A DNA stretch of 64,000 nt from NCBI GenBank assembly GCA_031417735.1, contig JANOWE010000174.1, positions 2,358 to 66,357 of the forward strand, given 5' to 3'. A program made the translations under genes and the position numbers. This document shows positions 8,596 to 17,454 of the stretch, piece by piece. The stretch comes from Betaproteobacteria bacterium. Lineage in GTDB: Bacteria; Pseudomonadota; Gammaproteobacteria; Burkholderiales; Burkholderiaceae_C. Positions within the stretch are counted from its first letter, which is position 1, and each line of letters starts with the position of its first letter. Below the pieces are notes generated by a model. That model worked only from the letters and a program-made list of their open reading frames with translations, was not told where the DNA came from and made no database searches.

Positions 8596-11500
8596 ATGGC
8601 CAGGTCACCCAAGCCAACTCGATCAGGCGGCGCTGCTGCCGACACCGCCCTGCCCACACTGTCGGTGCTGGCGGTGGACGACGGCCCCGCTCGTGCGCTG
8701 CCGCCGCAGCAACAGGTACAGGTGCAATCCAGGCGCCGGTTGCGGCCCGGCGCCGCGCGTGACGCAGCGGCCACCGCCACACCGGTGGCGCCCGACGAGG
8801 TGGTGCGGGTGGAGTACCAGAACGGCCTGGTGATGTGGACCCGCGCCGACGACCTGCTGCGCGAGCGTGGCCACAAGACCCTGGCCCGGGGCGACGGCAC
8901 GGCGCATTGGCAGATCGACGCCGGCCCGCGCAACATGGCGCTGCGCAGCGACGTGGCGCCGGGCGCCGATAGGGGCGCGCTGGGCCTGGGCATCAAGCTG
9001 CTGGAGTTCTTCGGTGTGCGCGTGACCGAAGGTGCGGCGCGGGCCATCGGCACCCGCTTCGAGCGCCGCCAACTCGGCCGCGATCCCGGCCTGTACCGGG
9101 TTGACCTGAGCCCGGCGCTGGCCATGGCCGCCATCGCCGACGGGCCGGGCACGGTCAAGGCCGACCAGCCGGTGCTGCTGTTCTTGCACGGCACCATGTC
9201 CAGTTTCGGTGGCAGCTACCGCGACCTGGCAGCGGCCGGCAACGACGAGACCGGCCGCGCCGCGCAGGCGCTGCGCCAGCAGTTTGCGGTGCGCTACGGC
9301 CAGGAGATGTACGCCTGGGAGCACCGCAGCCTGAGCGAGAGCCCGATCCAGAACGCGCTGGCGCTGGTGCAGCAGCTGCCGGTGGGCGCGCGGCTGCACC
9401 TGATCTCGCATTCACGCGGCGGCCTGGTGGGCGAGCTGCTGTGCCTGGCCCAGCGCGACCATCAAAGCGACCCGCTGACCGGCACGCTGCTGGACGGGCT
9501 GTTTGCCGGCGACCACAGCGTGGGCGAACAGCTGGGCCTGAACCAGCTCGGCGCCGACGAGCTGGCCGCTCACCAGGCCGCCTATGCCGAAGACCGCCAG
9601 AGGCTTCTGCTGCTGCTGAAGGAACTGGACGAGCGCCGCATCCAGGTTCAGCGCTTTGTGCGCGTGGCCTGCCCGGCGCGCGGCACCACGCTGGCCTCGG
9701 GCCGGCTCGACCGCTGGCTCAGCGTGGTCGACGCGCTGGTGCCCGACGGCCTGTTCGGTGACGCGCTGGATTTTCTGCTCGCGGTGGTGAAAGAGCGCAC
9801 CGACCCCCGCACGCTGCCCGGCCTGGAGGCGATGATGCCCGGCTCGGCGCTGACCCGGTTGCTGCAGATGCCGGGCCTGAGCACCAGTGCCGACCTGTCG
9901 GTGATCGCCGGCGACGTGCAGGGCAAGGGTCTGTGGGGCCAGTTCAAGCTGCTGGCGCTGGACTGGTTTTATGCCGCCGACCACGACCTGGTGGTCAACA
10001 CCGGATCGATGTATGGCGGCATGCGCCGGCCTGATGGCGGCGCTCGCTGGCGGCGCGACCAGGGCGAGCAGGTCACCCATTTTCATTACTTCCGCAACCC
10101 GAGTTCGATGGCCTGGCTGGGCGCCGCGCTGGCGCGAGAGCAGGGCAGCGACGCCGGTTTCCTGCCCATCGCGACGGCCGTGCAGCAAGAGCCGCGCTGG
10201 CGTTCGGCGGTGCGGGCCTCGCGCGCGTCGGCCACGCCCCGGCCGATCGTGGTCGTCATTCCCGGCACCATGGGCAGCGCGCTGGCGGTCAACGAGCGGC
10301 CGGTCTGGCTGGCCTACCTGGCGCTGCTCAAGGGCGGTCTGGGCGACATCGGCATCGACGCCACCGGCGTCGCGCCGGTCGACCTGCTCGACAACTTCTA
10401 CGGCCCCTTGCTGGAGCACCTGGCCCAGGCCCACCGGGTCGAGATCCTGCCCTATGACTGGCGGCGCTCGGTGCGGCAGGCGGCGGTGCTGCTGACCAGC
10501 AAACTTGAAGCGCTGCTGCCCGAGGCCGAGCGCAGCGGCCAGCCGCTGCACATCGTGGCCCATTCGATGGGCGGTCTGGTGGCCCGGGCCATGATTGCCG
10601 ACGGTGGCGCCGGCGCAGCGGCCTGGCGCCGCATGACCCAGCTGCCGGGCAGCCGGCTGCTGATGCTGGGCACGCCCAACCGGGGCTCGTTCGAGGCCGT
10701 GCGCTGGCTGACCGGCGAGAACCCGACCCAGGCCAAGCTGATCCTGCTCGACTTCACCCGCGGCAGCCGGGGCGTGGTCGACGTCGTGCGCCGCTTCCCT
10801 GGCCTGGCCGAGCTGCTGCCCTTCGACCAGGAGCCCAACCCCTGGGCCCAGACCGGTACCTGGCGTGCGCTGAAGACCCAGCTCGCCGCCAGCTGGCCGC
10901 TGGTCGACGAGGCCGTGCTGCGCGAGGCCCAATCGACCTGGACCCTGCTGCGCAACGCAGCGGTGCCGGCCGAGCACATGCTCTATGTCGCCGGCTGCCA
11001 ACCGGCCACCGTGGTCGGCCACCAGGTGGTCGACGAGAGCGAGGCCTTCACGCGCCAGCGACTGCGCTGGATCGCCAGCGCCGACGGTGACGGCACCGTG
11101 GCCTGGGCCTCGGGCCGCCTGCCCGGCGTGCCGACCTATTACGCGCCGGATACCGGCCACGACCAGCTGTGCAGCAACAGCGCTGACCGGCGCATCTTTC
11201 GCGGCTATGTCGACCTGCTGGCCAGCGGCCGCACCGACCAGCTGGCCATCACCCCCCCCGGCGGCCAGCGCAGTGCGGCGGCGTCCGAAAACTTTCTGCT
11301 GCCTGACCTGCCGCTGGTGGACGATCTGCCCGACGAGGCCTCGGTGCGCCAGCTGGGCTTTGGCGGCACGCGCGGCAAGGCACCGGGCGAGGCCGACACC
11401 GGCAGCGGCACCCGCTTGCAGGTCAGCGTGCGCCATGGTGACCTGCGCTATGCGCGCTACCCGGTGCTGGTAGGCCACTACCAGGGCGACACCATCGTCA

Positions 11501-14268
11501 GCGCAGAGGCCGTGCTCGACCACCAGCTCAAGGGCAGCGACAGCCTGGGCCCGCTGACACGCCGTCGCGACCTGGGCCTGTACCCCGGCCCGCAGGGCAC
11601 GCACGCGGTGTTCTTCAACCCGCAGCCGGGCGGCTCGCCGGTGGGCGCGCTGGTGGTCGGCCTGGGCCAGGTCGGCGAGCTCACGCCGGGCCGGCTGGAG
11701 GCCGGCGTGCGCGACCTGTTGCTTGACCATGCGCTGCGGCTGCTGCAGCGCGGACCGGGCCAGGGCGAGGCCGGCGCTGGTCCGGCGAGCACCGCGCCCA
11801 CACGCCTGCAGGCCAAGATCAGCTGCCTGCTGGTGGGCACCGGTGCGGGCAGCCTGAGCCTGGCCGATTCGGCCGAGGCCCTGCTGCGCGGCGCGGTGGC
11901 GGCCAACCGCAAGCTCGAAGCGGCCCGGCTCGACCAGCAGGTGCTGATCAGCCACATCGAGTTCATGGAGCTGTACGAAGACCTGGCCCTCGGCGCGGCG
12001 CAGGCCCTGTCGGCCCTGGTCGGCAGCGCCGATCTGGGGCCGCAACTGCACTGGCCGCAGCGCCTGGTGGTCGAGGGTGAGGGCCGTTTGCGGCGCAGCC
12101 GTTTCGAGCCCGACAACGCCTGGTGGCAGCGGGTCGAGATCACCGAAGACCGTGACGCCGACCGGCTGCGCTTTGTGCTCATCGGCGACCGCGCGCGGGC
12201 CGAAGAAACCCTGGCCATGGGCCAGCTGCGCCTGGCCGACCGCTTCATCGCCCAGGCCTGCGGCAGCGCGTCGCAGAACGCCGAGGTCAGCAAGACCCTG
12301 TTCGAGATGCTGCTGCCGCAGCGGCTGAAAGAAAGCACACCCGACCAGCGCTCCACCGTGCTGCTGCTGGACGAAGCCTCGGCACGCTTCCCGTGGGAGC
12401 TGCTGGAAGACCGTTTCGGCCACGACGGCCGGCCGCCGGCGGTGGTGGCCGGCATGGTGCGCCAGCTGAAGGAGCAGAACTTTCGCGAACGGCCGGTACA
12501 TGCTTTTGAGCAGACCGCGCTGGTGGTGGGCAACCCCCAGCTCGACGGCTGGTTGGGCTTTGCCGACCTGCCCGGCGCCCGGCGCGAGGCGCAGCAGGTG
12601 GTGGCGCTGCTGGGCGCGGCCGGCTACCGCACCGAAGACGCGATCGACGCCTCGGCCGACACCGTGCTCAACCGATTGCACGCCCGGCCCTGGCGCCTGC
12701 TGCACCTGGCCGGTCATGGCGAGCATGGCTTCGACATCCTGCAGGCCGCGGCGCCGGCGCTGGCCACACCGGTGAAATTGCCCGATGGCCGCGAGGCCTT
12801 GCCGCTGCCGCAGAAAAAGCTGTGTTCGGGCATGGTCATCGGCCCGGGCGTGTTCCTGACCCCGGGCGACGTGGTGCAGATGCGCCATGTGCCCGAACTG
12901 GTGTTCATCAACTGCTGCCATCTGGGCAACACCGGTGGCGGTGCCCGAGCGCACAACCTGCTGGCGGCCAACCTGGGGGTCGAGTTCATCCGCATGGGCG
13001 TGCGCGCCGTGGTCTGCGCCGGCTGGGCGGTGGACGACGCGGCCGCGCTGAGCTTTGCCCAGACCTTCTACACCGCACTGCTGCAGGGCAGCAGCTTCGG
13101 CCAGTCCGTGCTGCTGGCGCGCCAGACCACCCATGCCGCCCACCCTGGGGCCAACACCTGGGGTGCCTACCAGTGCTACGGCGACCCCGGCTACCGTCTG
13201 CAGCACCAGACACAGCGCCAGACGCCGAGCATCGCGGCGCCGTATCTGTCGCCGGCCGAACTGGTCACCGATCTGGGCAACCTGGCCGAAGCCACACGCA
13301 TGGGCAGTCTGCGTGGTGACGGTGACGAGGCCCAACTGCAGCGCCGCCTGCGCGAGCGCATCGACGGCCTGCTGCAGCGCATTCCCGAGCCGGCGCGCGG
13401 CAAGGGACGCGGCCAGTGGGTGGCCCGTGCCGACGTTTGCGCCGCACTGGGTTTTGCCCACGGCGAGGGCCGCATGTTTGCCGACGCACTGCAGTGGCTG
13501 GGCCTGGCGCTGGCGGGCGGGCAGGGCGACTGCCCGCTGCGGGTGGTCGAGCAGCATGCCAACTTCAGCGTACGGCTGGCGGCGATGGACTGGGCCCAGG
13601 CCCGCAGCGCCGACCCCGCGCTGGCTCCGCCCGATCTGCTGCGCCGGCAGGCGGAACTGGCACAGCGCATTGCCCTGGCCTTGAAGGTGCTGGAACCCAT
13701 GACCCTGCAGGCGCCCAACGGTGAGCGCCAGGCGCTGCTGGGCGGGGCGCAGAAACGTCTGGCCTGGATCCAGGCCGGCCCGCAGCGTCGCCAGGCCATG
13801 CGGCGCATGGCCGAGCATTACCGCCAAGCCCTGGACTCGGCTGGCGGTGACGACGCCTATGCCTTCACCAACTGGGCCGTGGCCTGTTTGTTGCTGCAGC
13901 GGCTTGACCCGGGGCCATCGGGCGGTGACTGGCATGGCCCGCTGGGCGCCATGGTCCAGCAGCAGCGTGAGGCCACGCTGCGTGCGCAGCAGGACTCACC
14001 CACGCTCTGGCGGGCCACCGGCCTGGCCGACCTGATGCTGGTCGAGCTGTTGATGGCGGCCGACGACGCCAGGCGCTGTGAACAGCTGGGTGGGGACGCG
14101 GCTGCGCAATACCGCCTGGCCTTCGACCGGGGCGCCAGCCCGCGCGAGCGCTCGTCGATCCAGGAGCATGTGGACTTTCTGCTGGCCCTGGCCGCCGATC
14201 CGGCGCTGGTGCCAGCCTGGCCCGAGGCGGTGCAGACCGCGCTGCAGGCGGTGCGAGCGGCGGTGTAG
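8596..14268 (+). CDS. 1890-aa multidomain CHAT (caspase-like) protease with two tandem alpha/beta-hydrolase (lipase/LCAT-like) domains and a C-terminal TPR-like helical region
   Basis: Nucleophile elbows SHSRGG and AHSMGG; GDGTV and GHDQL; CHAT dyad HLAGHG and FINCCH; GWAVDDAAALSFAQTFY; WGAYQCYGDP; GGAG RBS. Confidence 0.88.
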   Translation: MARSPKPTRSGGAAADTALPTLSVLAVDDGPARALPPQQQVQVQSRRRLRPGAARDAAATATPVAPDEVVRVEYQNGLVMWTRADDLLRERGHKTLARGDGTAHWQIDAGPRNMALRSDVAPGADRGALGLGIKLLEFFGVRVTEGAARAIGTRFERRQLGRDPGLYRVDLSPALAMAAIADGPGTVKADQPVLLFLHGTMSSFGGSYRDLAAAGNDETGRAAQALRQQFAVRYGQEMYAWEHRSLSESPIQNALALVQQLPVGARLHLISHSRGGLVGELLCLAQRDHQSDPLTGTLLDGLFAGDHSVGEQLGLNQLGADELAAHQAAYAEDRQRLLLLLKELDERRIQVQRFVRVACPARGTTLASGRLDRWLSVVDALVPDGLFGDALDFLLAVVKERTDPRTLPGLEAMMPGSALTRLLQMPGLSTSADLSVIAGDVQGKGLWGQFKLLALDWFYAADHDLVVNTGSMYGGMRRPDGGARWRRDQGEQVTHFHYFRNPSSMAWLGAALAREQGSDAGFLPIATAVQQEPRWRSAVRASRASATPRPIVVVIPGTMGSALAVNERPVWLAYLALLKGGLGDIGIDATGVAPVDLLDNFYGPLLEHLAQAHRVEILPYDWRRSVRQAAVLLTSKLEALLPEAERSGQPLHIVAHSMGGLVARAMIADGGAGAAAWRRMTQLPGSRLLMLGTPNRGSFEAVRWLTGENPTQAKLILLDFTRGSRGVVDVVRRFPGLAELLPFDQEPNPWAQTGTWRALKTQLAASWPLVDEAVLREAQSTWTLLRNAAVPAEHMLYVAGCQPATVVGHQVVDESEAFTRQRLRWIASADGDGTVAWASGRLPGVPTYYAPDTGHDQLCSNSADRRIFRGYVDLLASGRTDQLAITPPGGQRSAAASENFLLPDLPLVDDLPDEASVRQLGFGGTRGKAPGEADTGSGTRLQVSVRHGDLRYARYPVLVGHYQGDTIVSAEAVLDHQLKGSDSLGPLTRRRDLGLYPGPQGTHAVFFNPQPGGSPVGALVVGLGQVGELTPGRLEAGVRDLLLDHALRLLQRGPGQGEAGAGPASTAPTRLQAKISCLLVGTGAGSLSLADSAEALLRGAVAANRKLEAARLDQQVLISHIEFMELYEDLALGAAQALSALVGSADLGPQLHWPQRLVVEGEGRLRRSRFEPDNAWWQRVEITEDRDADRLRFVLIGDRARAEETLAMGQLRLADRFIAQACGSASQNAEVSKTLFEMLLPQRLKESTPDQRSTVLLLDEASARFPWELLEDRFGHDGRPPAVVAGMVRQLKEQNFRERPVHAFEQTALVVGNPQLDGWLGFADLPGARREAQQVVALLGAAGYRTEDAIDASADTVLNRLHARPWRLLHLAGHGEHGFDILQAAAPALATPVKLPDGREALPLPQKKLCSGMVIGPGVFLTPGDVVQMRHVPELVFINCCHLGNTGGGARAHNLLAANLGVEFIRMGVRAVVCAGWAVDDAAALSFAQTFYTALLQGSSFGQSVLLARQTTHAAHPGANTWGAYQCYGDPGYRLQHQTQRQTPSIAAPYLSPAELVTDLGNLAEATRMGSLRGDGDEAQLQRRLRERIDGLLQRIPEPARGKGRGQWVARADVCAALGFAHGEGRMFADALQWLGLALAGGQGDCPLRVVEQHANFSVRLAAMDWAQARSADPALAPPDLLRRQAELAQRIALALKVLEPMTLQAPNGERQALLGGAQKRLAWIQAGPQRRQAMRRMAEHYRQALDSAGGDDAYAFTNWAVACLLLQRLDPGPSGGDWHGPLGAMVQQQREATLRAQQDSPTLWRATGLADLMLVELLMAADDARRCEQLGGDAAAQYRLAFDRGASPRERSSIQEHVDFLLALAADPALVPAWPEAVQTALQAVRAAV

Positions 14269-14317
14269 CGCCTGGGCCCTGCAGCCAGGAGACCGACAAT
14301 CTGCGGCATGACCTGAT

Positions 14318-14340
14318 CGCCGCCGCCGCCGCCGCCGCCG
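14318..14340. repeat. (CGC)n trinucleotide tract, ~7.7 units, intergenic
   Basis: Read directly from the sequence. Confidence 0.7.
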
Positions 14341-14421
14341 TTTCTGCCGATGACGTCACCTTTGCGGACCGGGCCTGCGTCGCCGGGTCAGCCGCCATAG
14401 CCAAGCTCCACGTCCTTGTCC

Positions 14422-15501
14422 ATGCCTCCATATCCCGACCGCGCAGCGCCCGGCCACGCCTTGCGCCACCCCGGCGTGCTGGCCGCGCTGCTGGCCGCTG
14501 CCATGTTCGGCGCCGGCACACCGCTGGCCAAAAGCCTGTTGGGCGCCACCGATCCCTGGCTGCTGGCCGGCCTGCTGTACCTGGGCTCGGGCCTGGGCCT
14601 GGCGCTCTGGCGGTTGTTCAGCCGGGCCCAGGCGGTGCAACTGCCGCCCGGCCATTGGCGCTGGCTGGCGGGGGCAGTGCTGGCCGGCGGGGTGCTGGGC
14701 CCGCTGCTGCTGATGCTGGGCCTGTCGCGCATGCCGGCCTCGGGTGCGTCGCTGCTGCTCAATGCAGAGGCGGTGTTCACTGCCTTGCTGGCCTGGTGTG
14801 TCTTCAAGGAAAACGTCGACCGCCGCATTGCGCTGGGCATGGTGGCCATCGTTGCCGGCGCCGTGGTGCTGAGCTGGCCCGGCCAGGCCGATCTGGGCCG
14901 GGCCTGGCCGGCGCTGGCGGTGCTGGGCGCCTGCCTGGCCTGGGGCATAGACAACAACCTCACCCGCCAGGTCTCGCTGACCGACGCCAGCTGGATCGCG
15001 ATGGTCAAGGGCCTGGTCGCGGGCAGTGTCAACCTGGCTCTGGCCTGGACGCTGGGCGGCAACCCGTCATGGCCGTCACCGCCGGTGGTGGCCGCTGCCC
15101 TGGTGCTGGGCCTGGCCGCCTACGGCGTGAGCCTGACCTTGTTTGTGCTGGCGCTGCGCCACCTGGGCTCGGCGCGCACCGGGGCCTACTTTTCGGTCGC
15201 GCCGTTCTTTGGCGCGCTGCTGTCGCTGTGGTGGCTGGACGAGCCCGTCAGCACCAGTCTGGTTCTGGCCGGCGGCCTGATGGCGCTGGGCGTGTGGCTG
15301 CACCTGAGCGAGCGCCATGAGCATCTGCACCACCATGAACCGCAGGCGCATGCCCACGAACATGAGCATGACGAGCACCACCGGCATGCGCATGACGGCC
15401 CTGTCGTCGGCGGTCGCCACAGCCACGCCCATCGGCATGAGGCACTGAGCCATGCCCACGCGCATTACCCGGACGAGCACCACCGCCATGCGCATGAATG
15501 A
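14422..15501 (+). CDS. DMT/EamA-family transporter with His-rich C-terminal tail
   Basis: About 10 hydrophobic segments; YLGSGLG, WGIDNNLTR and ARTGAYFSVAPFFG motifs; tail HEHLHHHEPQAHAHEHEH...HYPDEHHRHAH. Confidence 0.9.
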   Translation: MPPYPDRAAPGHALRHPGVLAALLAAAMFGAGTPLAKSLLGATDPWLLAGLLYLGSGLGLALWRLFSRAQAVQLPPGHWRWLAGAVLAGGVLGPLLLMLGLSRMPASGASLLLNAEAVFTALLAWCVFKENVDRRIALGMVAIVAGAVVLSWPGQADLGRAWPALAVLGACLAWGIDNNLTRQVSLTDASWIAMVKGLVAGSVNLALAWTLGGNPSWPSPPVVAAALVLGLAAYGVSLTLFVLALRHLGSARTGAYFSVAPFFGALLSLWWLDEPVSTSLVLAGGLMALGVWLHLSERHEHLHHHEPQAHAHEHEHDEHHRHAHDGPVVGGRHSHAHRHEALSHAHAHYPDEHHRHAHE

Positions 15502-15545
15502 GGCGTGGGCCCGCATGTCGTTGGCGTGGGTACAGGCGGTGCGGT

Positions 15546-15566
15546 CAGCCAGCCAGCCAGCCAGCC
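15546..15566. repeat. (CAGC)n tetranucleotide tract, ~5 units
   Basis: Read directly: CAGCCAGCCAGCCAGCCAGCC. Confidence 0.6.
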
Positions 15567-15585
15567 GAAATCAAACGCCAGTCAC

Positions 15586-15613
15586 GGCCGCGACAATATG
15601 CATTATGTAAAAC
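15586..15613 (+). other. dif-like (XerC/XerD) 28-bp recombination site
   Basis: GGCCGCGACAA-TATGCA-TTATGTAAAAC has an 11-6-11 layout. The right arm matches the E. coli XerD arm TTATGTTAAAT at 9/11; the left arm is divergent (5/11). AT-rich patch between convergent genes. Confidence 0.5.
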
Positions 15614-15705
15614 CAAAGTCTGAATCAGCAGCCGAGCAACCGGCCCGTGTCCCCCCAGGCGGTCAACGCTGGCCTGGCTGCAAGTGCAGCGCTACCGAGC
15701 GCGCC

Positions 15706-17205
15706 TCAGTCTTCTGGCGCGGGCCATGCCGGCGCATGGCTGCCGGGCGGCATCGCCGGCCTGGCCCAGCCTGCCGGAGTGCGCGAGAACTGCGCCGTGT
15801 GGCGCAGCGCGCGCAGACGGCCAAAGCCCGAGTACTGTTCGTCCATCAGCGCCTCAAACTCGTCGGCAGCTGGCGGCACGGTGGCCAGGTCCTGGGGCCG
15901 CTGCCCCATCTGGCGCAGCCAGTGGCCCACACCCGCCAGCGACACCCGTACCCGCCAGCTGCCGCCCTCGGTTTGCTGCCGCAGCAATGCGGCCTGAGCG
16001 CCAAAGGCCAGCAGGTGGCCGGCTGCGTAGTCCAGGATGGGCAGCGGCAGGGCCTGGGGCTGGGTCTTGCCGGCGGCTGCGGCCTCGGCCAGGTTCAGGC
16101 CGGTGGCGGTTTGCACCAGCGAATCAAAGCCGCGACGCCCGGCCCAGGGCCCCGTCCAGCCGTAGGCGCTGAGCTCGGCCACGACGATGCCGGGCCGTGC
16201 ATGCGCGAGCTGCTGCGCGCTCAGCCCACGCAGGTCCAGGCTGCCCGGGCGGTAGCCCTGCAGGAAGACATGGGCCCGTGCGCTCAGGTCCGCGAGTTGT
16301 TCGCGGCCGGCGGGTTGCCGCAGGTCGATCTGGCACGACAGCTTGCCCCGGCTGGTGTCGGCGATGGCCTCGATGTTGGGCAGATGCGGGCCATTGACCA
16401 GCAGCACGTCGGCGCCGTAGGCGGCCAGGCAGCGGCCGGCCACCGGCCCGGCGAGGATGCGGGTCAGCTCCAGCACGCGCAGGCCCGAAAGCGGCGGCCG
16501 GTCGGCGCTGACGGTGGGCCAAGGCAGCGGGTCTGCGTCAGCGATGCGGTCGATCTGCAGCAGGGCTTGAGCCGCTACCGCCTGGCCCTGGGCATGCTCA
16601 TCCCACTGCGCCAGGCTGCGCGCCGCGGCAGCCACGCCACCGGCCTGGTTCAAGACCAGTTCGACGTCTTCGGCCTGCCACCGGGTCAGCGCCTGGGTCA
16701 CGGCAGGACGCTCGGTCTGGTCGCCTTCGGGCAGCCCGAGCAGGCGCAGTGCGGCGTCGCGGTGGTGGGCAAAGTTCGCATGCAGGCGGACCCAGCCGCC
16801 GCGCTGTCCGGTCAAGGCGTCGCCGCAGCGGTACAGGCCCGACAGCTTGTCCCACATCGGCGGGGTCTGGCCGTCGATCTGGAAGCGGGCCATGCATTCC
16901 AGCGTGGCATGCCGGCGGTCAATCCGCAGCCGCTGCGGTGGCTCACCGGGGTGGCGCAGCGCCCACAGCCTGGCCGCCGCCAAGGCCGCCGCTGCCAGAC
17001 TGGCTTGCGCTGCGCTGGCCACTGCAAAACTGCTGGACAGAACGGCGGCCTGTGTCGCTGCCAGAGGCGCTGACGCGTCGTGACCCAGGTCGACCCAGGA
17101 CAAGGCCTCGGGTGTCAATCCGGCGTCGTGCCACAGCTTGGCCAGCAGCTGCTTGGCGTTGGCTGCGTCCGGAAAGGCGTGGTGCTTGGGGTGCATGACG
17201 GACAT
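15706..17205 (-). CDS. Family III CoA-transferase (CaiB/BaiF), long form with duplicated architecture
   Basis: PLSGLRVLELTRILAGP; YGADVL; TSRGKLS; QGYRPG; RRGFDSLVQ containing the catalytic Asp. Confidence 0.9.
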   Translation of the reverse strand: MSVMHPKHHAFPDAANAKQLLAKLWHDAGLTPEALSWVDLGHDASAPLAATQAAVLSSSFAVASAAQASLAAAALAAARLWALRHPGEPPQRLRIDRRHATLECMARFQIDGQTPPMWDKLSGLYRCGDALTGQRGGWVRLHANFAHHRDAALRLLGLPEGDQTERPAVTQALTRWQAEDVELVLNQAGGVAAAARSLAQWDEHAQGQAVAAQALLQIDRIADADPLPWPTVSADRPPLSGLRVLELTRILAGPVAGRCLAAYGADVLLVNGPHLPNIEAIADTSRGKLSCQIDLRQPAGREQLADLSARAHVFLQGYRPGSLDLRGLSAQQLAHARPGIVVAELSAYGWTGPWAGRRGFDSLVQTATGLNLAEAAAAGKTQPQALPLPILDYAAGHLLAFGAQAALLRQQTEGGSWRVRVSLAGVGHWLRQMGQRPQDLATVPPAADEFEALMDEQYSGFGRLRALRHTAQFSRTPAGWARPAMPPGSHAPAWPAPED

Positions 17206-17294
17206 GATTTGCGGTGCTGTTCAAGGCCCTGCCGGCAGCCAGGGCGGGCACCATGCGCCGACCATAGCAGCGGCAGAACAATCGCGCGCGGCTG

Positions 17295-17446
17295 TGTAAA
17301 TGAACTAACGCCATAGCCATGACCCTTACCTTGCCGAAGCATCGGCGTGGCCTTGCCGCAATGGCGGCACAAGAGCGTTGCCAGCGGCACCGATCTCTGC
17401 GCTGACCAGCGGCCCCGGTTGCCGCTGTGGCGTTAGTTCATTTACA
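17295..17446. repeat. Perfect 19-bp inverted repeat (17295-17313 and 17428-17446) flanking a 114-bp spacer
   Basis: TGTAAATGAACTAACGCCA ... TGGCGTTAGTTCATTTACA, exact reverse complements. Ends 8 bp before the recombinase-like ATG. Confidence 0.9.
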
Positions 17447-17454
17447 GTTCAGTC

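Noticed and set aside
9412-13935. 1507-aa antisense ORF and similar long shadow ORFs (1336-4308, 30268-33240, 34965-37475, 38436-41051, 51674-54451, 61873-63843)
   Set aside because: They mirror well-supported genes on the opposite strand, lack motifs and are expected from high-GC codon bias.
15505-17073. 522-aa plus-strand ORF starting near the dif-like site
   Set aside because: Antisense to the CoA-transferase, low-complexity Arg/Gly/Ala content, no motif.
17360-17400. Possible sigma-54 promoter (GGCAC...TTGC) inside the inverted-repeat spacer
   Set aside because: GG-to-GC spacing is 12 nt rather than the required 10.
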